A DNA stretch of 64,000 bases from the NCBI GenBank assembly GCA_004764695.1, contig SMSO01000037.1, positions 286,747 to 350,746 on the forward strand, given 5' to 3'. Source of the stretch: Schizochytrium sp. TIO01 (lineage: Eukaryota > Protista > Bigyra: Labyrinthulomycetes). How positions within the stretch are numbered: position 1 is the stretch's first letter; every line of letters starts with the position of its first letter. Shown one piece after another: positions 54,101 through 64,000 of the stretch. The position numbers were made by a program, and so were the translations under genes. A model generated the notes under the pieces. The model ran no database searches and was not told the origin of the DNA. It saw only the letters and a program-made list of their open reading frames with translations.

Positions 54101-57100
54101 TTCTTGGCTTCAGCAGCCACTTAAATCTGGCTGCTTATTCTTGTTCTAATGTAAACCTTATTTCTAATGGGTTTTACAAAGGGACACCAAGAACTCTAGC
54201 AATGTCTTGTCCACTAGTTCCTTCGATTGGAGATCTCAGCAGAGCCTTTGAGGAAGGATTGACAATCTATGACTTTATGAGCTAGCGATCTTCTGACCGT
54301 AGCATTAGTATTCAATGCCAACTGCTTCATGTTACAAGTAGTGAACGAAGGCAGACTTGGCTTGTACTAAACAGAATTTCCTACTCAACCATCGATTCAG
54401 TTTCCGTCTTCCTTGGTTCTAGCAAAAGTCCATATTTACACTTTTAGTTCTCGTTTATCTCGACCTCTCGACCATGTATATGGTTTGTTCATTTCCATTT
54501 ATCCTAATTCCTTGAGGCTTTCCAACGGAACGCAGCAATGTCTTGTCCAGCGGTTGCTTCCTCCTGAAATAGCAATGTTTCACCTTTTTTTTTTGCATCA
54601 CTTGGGACATGATACTCAAAGCTCCAACTAAAATGCGCTGATGTCGTTGCGGCATTGCCTCCTAATTTGTCTGATGCAATCCCAAAAATCGTGAATTGAT
54701 TCCATCTATTATCTCCTTAGCATTATCGTTTCAAGCTTTTACGCCCAAATTCAGCCTATTTCTTTAGTGCCTAGAATAATGTACCAAAGCGCTTGCAATA
54801 CCTTGTTCGCATACTTCTTCCGTTACAGATCGTAAAGACAAGGATCTTGAATATTCTATTATCGAAGTGACGAGACTGTTAGGTGCTAGATATTAGCTAT
54901 AAGGTATGTACACAACAACAGAGACCCGACACTCTTAGTGTACATTTAAAATTGTGTTGTTCAGCTACAAGTCATACAGCCATACCTCTGGTATCGTTTT
55001 AGTATATGGTGCAGGTAGGGTCTGTTAGAGCAACAAACAAGGTATGTCCTACTTTCACGATCAGTCTTCTACTCAATATCGCGACCCAGGAAAGCGCTCT
55101 GTATGCAGATTATTCATTTTGAGTCAGGTGCCATGAAAAGCACTTCGGGCAGTCTTCATACGTTATTTTGAAGTCAATGATTTTTTTTATAGCTGAGAAC
55201 AAATAGTGCAAAATGCAGACCCCACCGACTACAAAACAGAGCATAGAATTGTATATTGAGTAAGTGTGCTGTGGGCATTGTGAAGTCCTTCAAGAGTTTC
55301 ACTCCGTTAAAGATAGATCCAATTTAAAGACATATGACATATGTGTACCAAACTTCAAGTGTTCCCTCAACCAAACAAAAATGTAGACGGAAAATAAAAC
55401 TGCTTATTGAAAAGCAGTTGAAAATAGACCAGGGTAAGAAACTTGTAAACGCAATATGAGAAGCGGATATTTGTGAAACTTCAACTCTCAGCGTCGAAAG
55501 AAGAGAGTGTAGAGATGGTTTCCATCTGATTCGTGAAATTGGCAAAAATAAAGTCTTCGATGTAAATTCATTGTCTATGATGCGTAGATAACGAGGAAAA
55601 GAGCAGTGAAAAAGCAGGCAATATTACTCTCTTGTATGAATTCTTTTACATTGTTGATTGTTGCAAGGATCATCGAGTAATTGTTGGTAAATGGTTGAGC
55701 AACAATTCAGTTACGGTTAAAGAGGTTGAGACTGTTTTAAATTATTGCAGCAAATGAGATGGAATGAGTCACAAGAATATAAATTTATTGTCGTTAATGT
55801 AGACGTGCATACAATACACAAAAAGAGCGCCACAAATGTTTTCGCTGTCGACATACTTAAATTGTCTATAGAAAGGAATACGTACGCGATTAGAAGACAG
55901 CGAGCCTGTGTGCTATATACGACGACAATTATCAAGTATCAGTGCTGGCGTACAGTGTGTTCCCTCTGCGTCTAAAACAGACCTTCGAGGCGCAATGCGA
56001 AAGCACGAAATATAGTATCTAGAAAGTCCCTAGAATCAGTGTTAAATGAGTTTCGCGTGAAGAAAGAGAAATGAGAACGTGAGATAGTAAACCTTGTTTC
56101 AGGGCTATTGAACGAAAAAAGTGTAGGTACAAGGAAGTAAGGATGAGCCTCGTCATGGTTATCGTTGATGTTGTAGGACCTTTTATTGTGCCACGCAGTC
56201 AACGGAGAGGAGAGGCTGTATAACTTGGCCACGTTAAAGTCCCTCCGAGCTCAATTTGGGAGCTCGGTGACATGCAATGTGTAAGACTGTGAGCCAAAGG
56301 ACCCACCGCGGTAGTAAAATGAGCGCAGGAGCCCCATAAAGGACAAAAACGAAAAGAAAAGGAGTAGATGGCGATAGTTCAAAAAAAGAAAAGAAAAAAA
56401 AGCAATGAAGAGTACGCAATAAAAACACCACCTCATTATTGTGTTTTGCGTTTTTCTTTTTTGGTAGAGACAGGATGTTTTGTTTTAAGATTGTGCTTTG
56501 AATGCAAGCCGTACCCTGGAGCATGCGAATCAATAGCAAAACCAAGAGAAAAAAAGGTTTTGGATGGGTTCCCTGAGGCAGCAACAGTCAAAGTGGCTAA
56601 TTGACGAAGAGACCGTGAGTGAGGGATGCATGCGAGGATATGCCAAGCTAGTGAGGAATCCCTCCGCGTGCATGGTTGTTTTCTTTTGTAGCTAGCAGCT
56701 AACAAAAGGACAGAAGCGTTGATTGGCCCCGTCTCCAACGTGAGCGGATTTTTCTTTTTTCAGGAAGGCACAGATACACACGAGAGTACAAAATAAGAGA
56801 GACAAAAACCTCAATGAGCTTGATCGGCGAGATAAAGGGCAAAACAATTATTCATGATGCAGCAGCTGAATCATTTGGTGTCAAGCAAAAGCTTTGAGAT
56901 GAAAGAATGCTCCATTCGCCCATCTCACCAAGAAACATGAAAATGGTCTGACAAAACGGCGTAGCTCATGTTTTGCATCCAAGAAAGCTTATCTGAGCGC
57001 CGCTACGAACATGATATCATACAACGTGTATTTCCCGCTTAGAAAATGATTACATGCTGGCTGTTCTGGTTGATGGAGATTATCTTCAGAAAAGTGTTAC

Positions 57101-57241
57101 ATAATGTGGTCGGGAGGGAGAGACTAATCAGGCAAGACAAACGTAGCAGCACTACAAAAGCTGATCTTCAAAGGCTTATTAAAACTGTCCCATGAGGCAG
57201 GCATCACAGAAGTAATAGGCGAGACCTAAGAAGTGAGTGTT

Positions 57242-59089
57242 TTAGCGTTCATTTGAAGACGAGCCCTTATCCCCCCTCTGAAGTTGTTGCTGCTGAGGAG
57301 CATGACTTGTGGCGGCTGCTTGTGCAGCGGCCGCGAGCCATTGCGGTGGGCCAAAGTTGCCAAAGGACATATTCATCCCGGAAGGTTTGTACATGTTGGG
57401 GTGCATGGACATTTGGTGAGCACCATTGGGGTATCCTTGAAACATGGGTGGTACCTTTTGTTGGTCGTCACCATTTTCGAGATACTGTCCATTGGAGTTG
57501 CTGTTTGCCTGAAAGTTTGAGCCACTGAACATAAAGCCGGTGGGGTTTGCGGACACGTTCGGATGCGAGGTGGTGTTTTTGCTTGAAGATGGGACAGAGT
57601 TGCCATTATTCAATGTTGTGGATGCGCTACTGTTGTTTGTGCTACTACCAGATCCGCTTCCACTACTATTGCCGGACCCGCTAACTGAACTGTTCATAGA
57701 TGGGGGGTTCATATTGTTTCCATTATGATTGTTGTTGTTGTTGAGGTTTGAGGCAGCGCCTGAATTAGCAAAGTTGGAAAAACCCTGAAGAGCGCTGAGA
57801 AGATGATTTGCAGGAGATGAGGTGTTATTGTTGTTGTTGTTGCTGCTACTGGTGGGGTTATTTCCATTGCTGTTGTTGCTGCTATTGCTTGCAGTACTGC
57901 TGTTGTTTTTCAGTGGTACAGGGGAAGGCGTTGCCGATGTGTTGGCAACGTCTGCATACTGACCTTTTGTTGATATCTGTTGTTGTTGGTGGTTGTGGTT
58001 TTGTGAGGACGACGGTGTTTGCTGTTGTTGTTGTTGAAGCTGTTGTTGCTGCATCTGTTGTTGAAGGATGTTTTGCAAAAATTGTTGCTGAATTTGAGAC
58101 GGACTCATGTCGTTTTGCTGCTGCTGCTGCTGCTGTTGCTGTTGCTGTTGTTGTTGTTGTTGCTGCTGCAGCTGCAGCGGCTGTTGCTGTATAGGCTGTG
58201 AGGAATACTGAAACTGGTTCTGGTTCGAGGCACTGCTGTTCGCGTCGGTGGGCATCTGCGATTGCATTTGCTGTTGCGGGTTCATCTGCATTTGTTGGGG
58301 TTGCATGGGATTCGCCTGTTGTGGTGGTTGTTGTTGTTGTTGATGCTGCATTTGTTGCTGTATTTGCTGTTGCATGAAGTATTGCTGCATCACGTGCGGT
58401 GGGACCATCTGTGGTTGCTGGGAGTTTGCTTGCATTTGTGGGTATTGTTGCATGAATTGCGGCGGGTATGGCTGCTGCTGCTGCATTGTTTGGTCTCCGG
58501 CGCCATTCTGCATTTGCTGCATTTGTTGTATTTGCTGTATTTGTTGTATTTGCTGTATTTGCTGAGGCTGCATTTGCTGAGGCTGCATTTGCTGATACTG
58601 CATCTGTTGATACTGTTGCGGAATATATTGCGCCATTAACTGTTGCTGCTGCTGCTGGTCTCCCATGCCTGCCATATTTCCATTTAAAATAAAATTATGC
58701 ACTCCTTGCATTCCAGGTTGTTGCTGTTGTTGTTGCTGCTGTTTCTGGAGCTCCATACTGTAAACCATGGGACCGTTTCCATTGTATGGATTCCCTTGCA
58801 TGACCTGTGCCAGCTGGAATGGGAGGCTTGCTGCGCCCTGAGCGAGTGTATTCCGTGGATTCAAAGGGCATGTGCTGTGACTGGTTCGTGCATGGGACTC
58901 GGACCCGCATCTGCATCGAGATGCTGCTCTCCGACCTTTCTTTTTTTGTAGCTGTGCTGCCACATTATTTGCGCTCTCCCCGGTGTCCGCACGGACGCGT
59001 TTTTTCTTCGCCGAGAACCCTTGGTCGTCTGACGAAGACGACCCGGTCGACGCCCGCCCGTCTTGCTCGGCGATCTTGCCGAGGGGCAT
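57242..59089 (-). CDS. Q/N-rich low-complexity protein with N-terminal basic region and CxCx4Hx7CP zinc-knuckle-like motif (615 aa)
   Basis: ATG-initiated ORF. KKKRVR and KKKGRR NLS-like patches, RCRCGSESHARTSHSTCPLNP, polyQ encoded by mixed CAA/CAG codons, N/S-rich C-terminal half. Confidence 0.8.
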   Translation of the reverse strand: MPLGKIAEQDGRASTGSSSSDDQGFSAKKKRVRADTGESANNVAAQLQKKKGRRAASRCRCGSESHARTSHSTCPLNPRNTLAQGAASLPFQLAQVMQGNPYNGNGPMVYSMELQKQQQQQQQQPGMQGVHNFILNGNMAGMGDQQQQQQLMAQYIPQQYQQMQYQQMQPQQMQPQQIQQIQQIQQIQQMQQMQNGAGDQTMQQQQPYPPQFMQQYPQMQANSQQPQMVPPHVMQQYFMQQQIQQQMQHQQQQQPPQQANPMQPQQMQMNPQQQMQSQMPTDANSSASNQNQFQYSSQPIQQQPLQLQQQQQQQQQQQQQQQQQQNDMSPSQIQQQFLQNILQQQMQQQQLQQQQQQTPSSSQNHNHQQQQISTKGQYADVANTSATPSPVPLKNNSSTASNSSNNSNGNNPTSSSNNNNNNTSSPANHLLSALQGFSNFANSGAASNLNNNNNHNGNNMNPPSMNSSVSGSGNSSGSGSGSSTNNSSASTTLNNGNSVPSSSKNTTSHPNVSANPTGFMFSGSNFQANSNSNGQYLENGDDQQKVPPMFQGYPNGAHQMSMHPNMYKPSGMNMSFGNFGPPQWLAAAAQAAATSHAPQQQQLQRGDKGSSSNER

Positions 59090-60682
59090 CTTTGTTATGA
59101 CTGTCGCCTATTCGACTATTCTCGCTTTGGCTGTGCCTTGATGCCTTCCTGCTCTGCTCTGCTCTGCTTCGGTTTGCTCTAGAGCCTTCGAAGGTCTTCT
59201 TCTTCTTCTTCTTCTTCTTCGCTCGAAGCTGATTAGATTAACCAACAGCGCCCCTCGCTTCTCGCTTTCTAAGTTGCTTGCTCGTCGCTGCGAATCGGCA
59301 CAGTTCTGTGCTTCTGTTGTCGGGTCGGTTGCTGCCGGCAGCTACTGCGCCACGCTGCGCCGCGCTCTCGACAGAGAGATCGCCCGCGCGACCTTGGCCT
59401 CGGCCGCCGCGGCTCCTGATCGATCGATCGCTTTTGCTCGCTCGTCTTCTCTTGTTTCTTGTCTTGTCTTTGTTTATGTTTGCCTCTGTTTGCCTCTGTT
59501 TGCTTATGTTTGTTTTTGTTTTGTTTGTTTGTCGTTTGCCCTCTTTTTCCCTTTTTGTTTTGTTTGAAATGAATATAAATATATATATATTTAAAACAAG
59601 GTTTTTTAATATTAAAAAAATTAAATAGTGACGATTCAATTTTTCTGTTTCCGTTCACTTCTTAAAATTTTATTCTTTAACATCTATTCTAAAAATAAAT
59701 TAAAATATGATCATCAACTTTTTTGAACACAAAGTTGAAACATTCATGTATTTCTAACTAACAATAAATGAAACAACAATAATAATAATAATTATTATTA
59801 TTATTAATGAATAGTTGAGGAAGCATCTGTTTACTTTCTTCAGAAGTAAAGTAGTAAATTCATTCATAGAAAAAGAATTAAAAAGAAGGCGGATTTGTTT
59901 CGTGCGTCTTCTTCTATGGTCCAGGAAAATTTCTTTCTCCCGTTTGCATTTATATGCCTACAATGGAGACTTTAAAAACAGAAAGAAAGAAAGAAGGGAA
60001 GGGAAGAAAGAAAAGAAGAATGTATAACAGAAAATATGACTCCTTACGTAAACAAGAAGGGCAAGAAATCCATCCTCACAGTCTACATCCCATACTTCTC
60101 AGATAGCGAGGCAAGTAAATGGAGGCGGGCAAGCCCACGAGCCATCCTCATTATGAGTTCGCTTTAGGGCCTATGCTCCCGGTTGTGCTAAGCAAGGCCG
60201 TTTTCCTCATTTGCATTCCCTGATGTTAAAAAAATCCTCTCTTTTCCTTTTCCATTTATCATCTATTAAAGAAATAAATAAAAGTATATGTATATATTTT
60301 TTTTTTTAAAATAAGATACTCTTCAAAGTTCTTTATTTTTAAAACAAAAAGAAGAATAAAAAGAATAAAAAGAAAGATTTCACTCTTGCAGCAAAACACC
60401 ATCTTTCCCTTTGCTCACATGTTTTCAAGCACTCTCCCCAAATTTGAATTTGCCTTTTCCCCCCTTCTTTCTTCCCTCCCCCCGAAACCGGACTGTTTCG
60501 GGCGTCAGGCTCTGCTTTCGCTCCTTCCTTCCGCTTCTTCGCGTTCGCCCTTTTCCCCCTGCTTTCCCTCCGCTTGCTCGCTCGCTTGCTTGCCTTTCTT
60601 TGGCCTTTGCTGCTTCCTGCCTCTCTTTTCTTTCCTCCGCTTGGCATTCGACTGTTCACTGCTTTTTCAAGGAGATCGATTC

Positions 60683-61428
60683 TTTGTTTGTTTGTTTGTT
60701 TGTTTGTTTGTTTGTTTGTTTGTTTGTTTGTTTGTTTGTTTGTTTGTTTGTTTGTTTGTTTGTTTGTTTGTTTGTTTGTTTGTTTGTTTGTTTGTTTGTT
60801 TGTTTGTTTGTTTGTTTGTTTGTTTGTTTGTTTGTTTGTTTGTTTGTTTGTTTGTTTGTTTGTTTGTTTGTTTGTTTGTTTGTTTGTTTGTTTGTTTGTT
60901 TGTTTGTTTGTTTGTTTGTTTGTTTGTTTGTTTGTTTGTTTGTTTGTTTGTTTGTTTGTTTGTTTGTTTGTTTGTTTGTTTGTTTGTTTGTTTGTTTGTT
61001 TGTTTGTTTGTTTGTTTGTTTGTTTGTTTGTTTGTTTGTTTGTTTGTTTGTTTGTTTGTTTGTTTGTTTGTTTGTTTGTTTGTTTGTTTGTTTGTTTGTT
61101 TGTTTGTTTGTTTGTTTGTTTGTTTGTTTGTTTGTTTGTTTGTTTGTTTGTTTGTTTGTTTGTTTGTTTGTTTGTTTGTTTGTTTGTTTGTTTGTTTGTT
61201 TGTTTGTTTGTTTGTTTGTTTGTTTGTTTGTTTGTTTGTTTGTTTGTTTGTTTGTTTGTTTGTTTGTTTGTTTGTTTGTTTGTTTGTTTGTTTGTTTGTT
61301 TGTTTGTTTGTTTGTTTGTTTGTTTGTTTGTTTGTTTGTTTGTTTGTTTGTTTGTTTGTTTGTTTGTTTGTTTGTTTGTTTGTTTGTTTGTTTGTTTGTT
61401 TGTTTGTTTGTTTGTTTGTTTGTTTGTT
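60683..61428. repeat. Very long (TTTG)n microsatellite, ~745 bp
   Basis: Directly visible, apparently uninterrupted. Confidence 0.98.
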
Positions 61429-61503
61429 CCTTTCAAAGTTCTTCCTTTCAAAGTTCTTCCTTTCAAAGTTCTTCCTTTCAAAGTTCTTTCTTTCAAAGTT
61501 CTT
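61429..61503. repeat. 15-bp minisatellite (CCTTTCAAAGTTCTT) x5
   Basis: Four exact copies and one single-mismatch copy directly abutting the TTTG tract. Confidence 0.92.
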
Positions 61504-61676
61504 GTGCTCTTGTCTTCTTCCTTTCCTCCACCGCTTTTGCGCTCCTGCAAGGCCGCCCAGGCATTGGGAACGGCGGCGCCTCTCCATCTCTTGTATCTCT
61601 CAAGACTCGGACGGAGGCAGGCCGGAGAAGGCAGAGGCAGGCGCGGGCAGAAGCACAGAAGAAGACCCAGGAGAGG

Positions 61677-61801
61677 AGAATGATGAATGAATGAATGATG
61701 AATGAATGATGAATGAATGATGAATGAATGAATGAATGAATGGTGGTATGAATATGAGTGAAGGGTGAATAATGAATAAATGAATAAATGAATAAATGAA
61801 T
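61677..61801. repeat. Degenerate (GAAT)/(GAT)/(AAAT) microsatellite
   Basis: Directly visible. Confidence 0.85.
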
Positions 61802-62098
61802 ACGAGTGAGTGAGACCAAAAGACAGAAGGGCATCTGCCATGTATGCACGTATCTATCTCTCTGTATGTAGGCGGGTGGGTAGTAGCGATAGAGAGACAA
61901 GCAGCGATGGGAAAAAACCTGGGGAAGCATACCTGGGGGAAAAATAAGATGAGCAAAAACAGCGGCGAAGCTCGCTACAGACATTTGTTTGTCTTATTCT
62001 CTGCAAGCCTGTCTGTGCCCTTGCTCTGTCTCTTTGTCTTCCTGACCCGACCTTCTTTCGCTCTGGCTGCTGCGCTAAGCGATGCACCTGATTTATTG

Positions 62099-62132
<34 letters not shown>

Positions 62133-62600
62133 CGCTGTCGTTGTTGGTGTTGTTATTGTTAACGTTGCTTTTAGTATTGTTTTTAAAACTGTGATGTGAT
62201 GTTTTCCCTCGGCCGGTTTCTTGAATCAAGTTATTCTGTTCTCAAAAGAATCGTAGAACGGTGGCAAAAGGACAAACAAACACAAAGATACAGGAGAGGC
62301 CATTCCCCGACCATACATCGGGGTGTAGATAGGCTAATTACATAAGCGCGGCTAGTTCACTAGCGTCAGCAGACCGAACTCCTAAGCAGGTAAAAGGCCT
62401 TTCTTTAGAACAAAGAAAAGAAAAAGAAAACAAGAAGAAGCTTGGCCTCCGACGAGCGAAAGAAACTGAAAAAAGCAAAACCAATAGAAACAGACTCCAC
62501 TCGGCACGCACAGAGTATCCTGGTTTCTCCTTCAACCCTACAAGATACACAGACCGAGAGGTGAAGGGGACTTCATCAGGGGGCGTAGCTGTGGAATCTG

Positions 62601-62754
62601 TCTTTCTTTCTCTCTCTCTTTCTTTCTCTCTTTCTTTCTTTCTTTCTTTCTTTCTCTCTTTCTTTCTCTCTTTCTTTCTCTCTTTCTTTCTCTCTTTCTT
62701 TCTCTCTTTCTTTCTCTCTTTCTTTCTCTCTTTCTTTCTTTCTTTCTTTCTTTC
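62601..62754. repeat. Pyrimidine tract of (TTTC)n and (TTTCTTTCTCTC)n
   Basis: Directly visible. Confidence 0.9.
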
Positions 62755-63847
62755 CACTCACGCCACGAACACAAGCGGAGAGCATGCCCTGTCAGCTCCT
62801 TATCTTCGCAGTCAGTCAGCCATCGGTCTGCCGGCCTGCCTGTTTTCCTTCTGTGAGGGCTCTCGAGTCAGTCGGCAGTCAGTCGGTGGGTTGGCCCTCA
62901 CGAAACCCTGCCCTCCCGACCAAACCCATGAGCGTGCACTCCCGCACACGTCCCCACTCTTCCTTTCCCTCCCTCTCAGCCCCTCTGGCTCTGCCTTCCC
63001 ATGCTTGCCCTCTCTTTCTTGCTCTCCCTCTGCCTTCGGCGGCCTCTTTTCCACACAGTCCCTCCTGTTTATCTCAAAAGGGCCCCGCAGTAGCATGTAT
63101 GCCGCTGAGAGGGGAGGGAGGGAGGGATGTTAATTAAGTGGCGGCAGAGCACGAGGAGCAAACAGCAACGTCCCTGTATCCGTGTCTCTGTCTGTGTGCC
63201 TTCACTTTTCATCAGCGCAGTACCAGGAATACATCTTTTCTATTATGTATCATTCATTCATTCAGTCATTCATTCAGTCACTCATTCACTCAGTCAGTCA
63301 ATCAATGTCTCTATCTGAGTATAAACTGGTACAGAGAGCGTGGGCGAGTGCAGGATGCGAAAGATCGGCCTCAAACAAACGTACGCGGCGCCGACATCAT
63401 CCTCTGCGGAGTCCACCTGCCACGCACTAAAATGTCGTTTGTAGCTCGCTCGCTCGCTCGCTAGCTAGCTGCAGCGCCTTGCTCCTCTGGTTTCTGTCAT
63501 CTCTGTTTCCATCTACACAATGGTGGTAGGCAGGCATATGTCTAGGAATCCACCTTCTGCTCTGCTGCGGCGCTTTCCCTCCTCTGTCCGGACGAAGGCC
63601 CTCTGCAGTTTATTTTTTCTTTCTCAGATTTCCCCTCCACTAACGTTCGGCGCCTCCCCACAGCGACTCGAAAAAGCTGAGAGGAGGGAGGGAGGGAGAT
63701 CGCGCTAGTAGTAGTAGTAGACGCAAAACCACCAGGACGGCAGTAGCGAGGGAAAGTTTCTTAGTGACTGTAGTTGCTTTAGGACAGTGCTGCTGTTTGG
63801 GTGCTCACTGCCCCTCTCAGCCTTTTGCTCACTCTTTCACTCTACCG

Positions 63848-63910
63848 CTCTGTTTCTCTCTGTTTCTCTCTGTTTCTCTCTGTTTCTCTCTGTTTCTCTC
63901 ACTGTTTCTC
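63848..63910. repeat. (CTGTTTCTCT)n 10-bp repeat
   Basis: About 6 copies visible. Confidence 0.85.
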
Positions 63911-64000
63911 CCTCTACCCCATTGTTCTCTCTTTTTCTCTTTCTTTCTTTCTTTCTGTCTTTCTACTCCTCTCTGCTTCTCTCCCTGCCCCTCCCAGTCA

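Noticed and set aside
52700-54650. Alternative reading as a LINE reverse transcriptase (GKPQG, YFGF, SYVR fragments)
   Set aside because: Fragments lie in different frames with no YADD motif; the protease reading fits order and spacing better, though it is also weak.
61429-61503. Possible CRISPR-like array
   Set aside because: Head-to-tail 15-mers with no spacers, eukaryotic context and no cas genes.
60339-61841. Long ORFs on both strands (TNKQ / FVCL repeats)
   Set aside because: Artefacts of a stop-free tetranucleotide repeat.
62338-63137. ERKK / SFFL repeat ORFs
   Set aside because: Products of the TTTC pyrimidine tract.

Overview
Eukaryotic nuclear DNA, not bacterial. Genes are intron-poor, intergenic DNA is AT-rich, there are long tetranucleotide microsatellites, and one GT-AG intron is clearly supported. 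Gene content and style suggest a stramenopile protist, plausibly a thraustochytrid (inference only). About 17 protein-coding genes are supported: a putative Ig-fold (STAT/Rel-type) + IPT/TIG transcription factor, a Tudor-OTU-UIM deubiquitinase, a DUF6687/DHH-like protein, a PDRG1-like prefoldin, a Trf4/TENT-type nucleotidyltransferase, a KIX-domain protein, a NodB/CE4 deacetylase, an ankyrin protein, Asterix/WDR83OS, a ~2,930-aa Sec16, two tandem MetAP2 paralogues, a spliced mitochondrial bS21m, a Q/N-rich zinc-knuckle-like protein and two hypotheticals. Five conserved genes are broken by seven single-base frameshifts at short homopolymers, most likely uncorrected assembly errors. The most interesting candidates are a decayed ORF with a Fanzor1-like N-terminal pattern (44.3-45.3 kb), a MetAP2 paralogue with an HGG duplication in the active-site loop, a chain of near-perfect hairpins upstream of the KIX gene, a compact GC-rich candidate ncRNA (52.17-52.26 kb), DPF/GLF motif arrays and ~107-aa repeats in Sec16, and a decayed gag-protease remnant. 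All family assignments are by eye; no searches were run.
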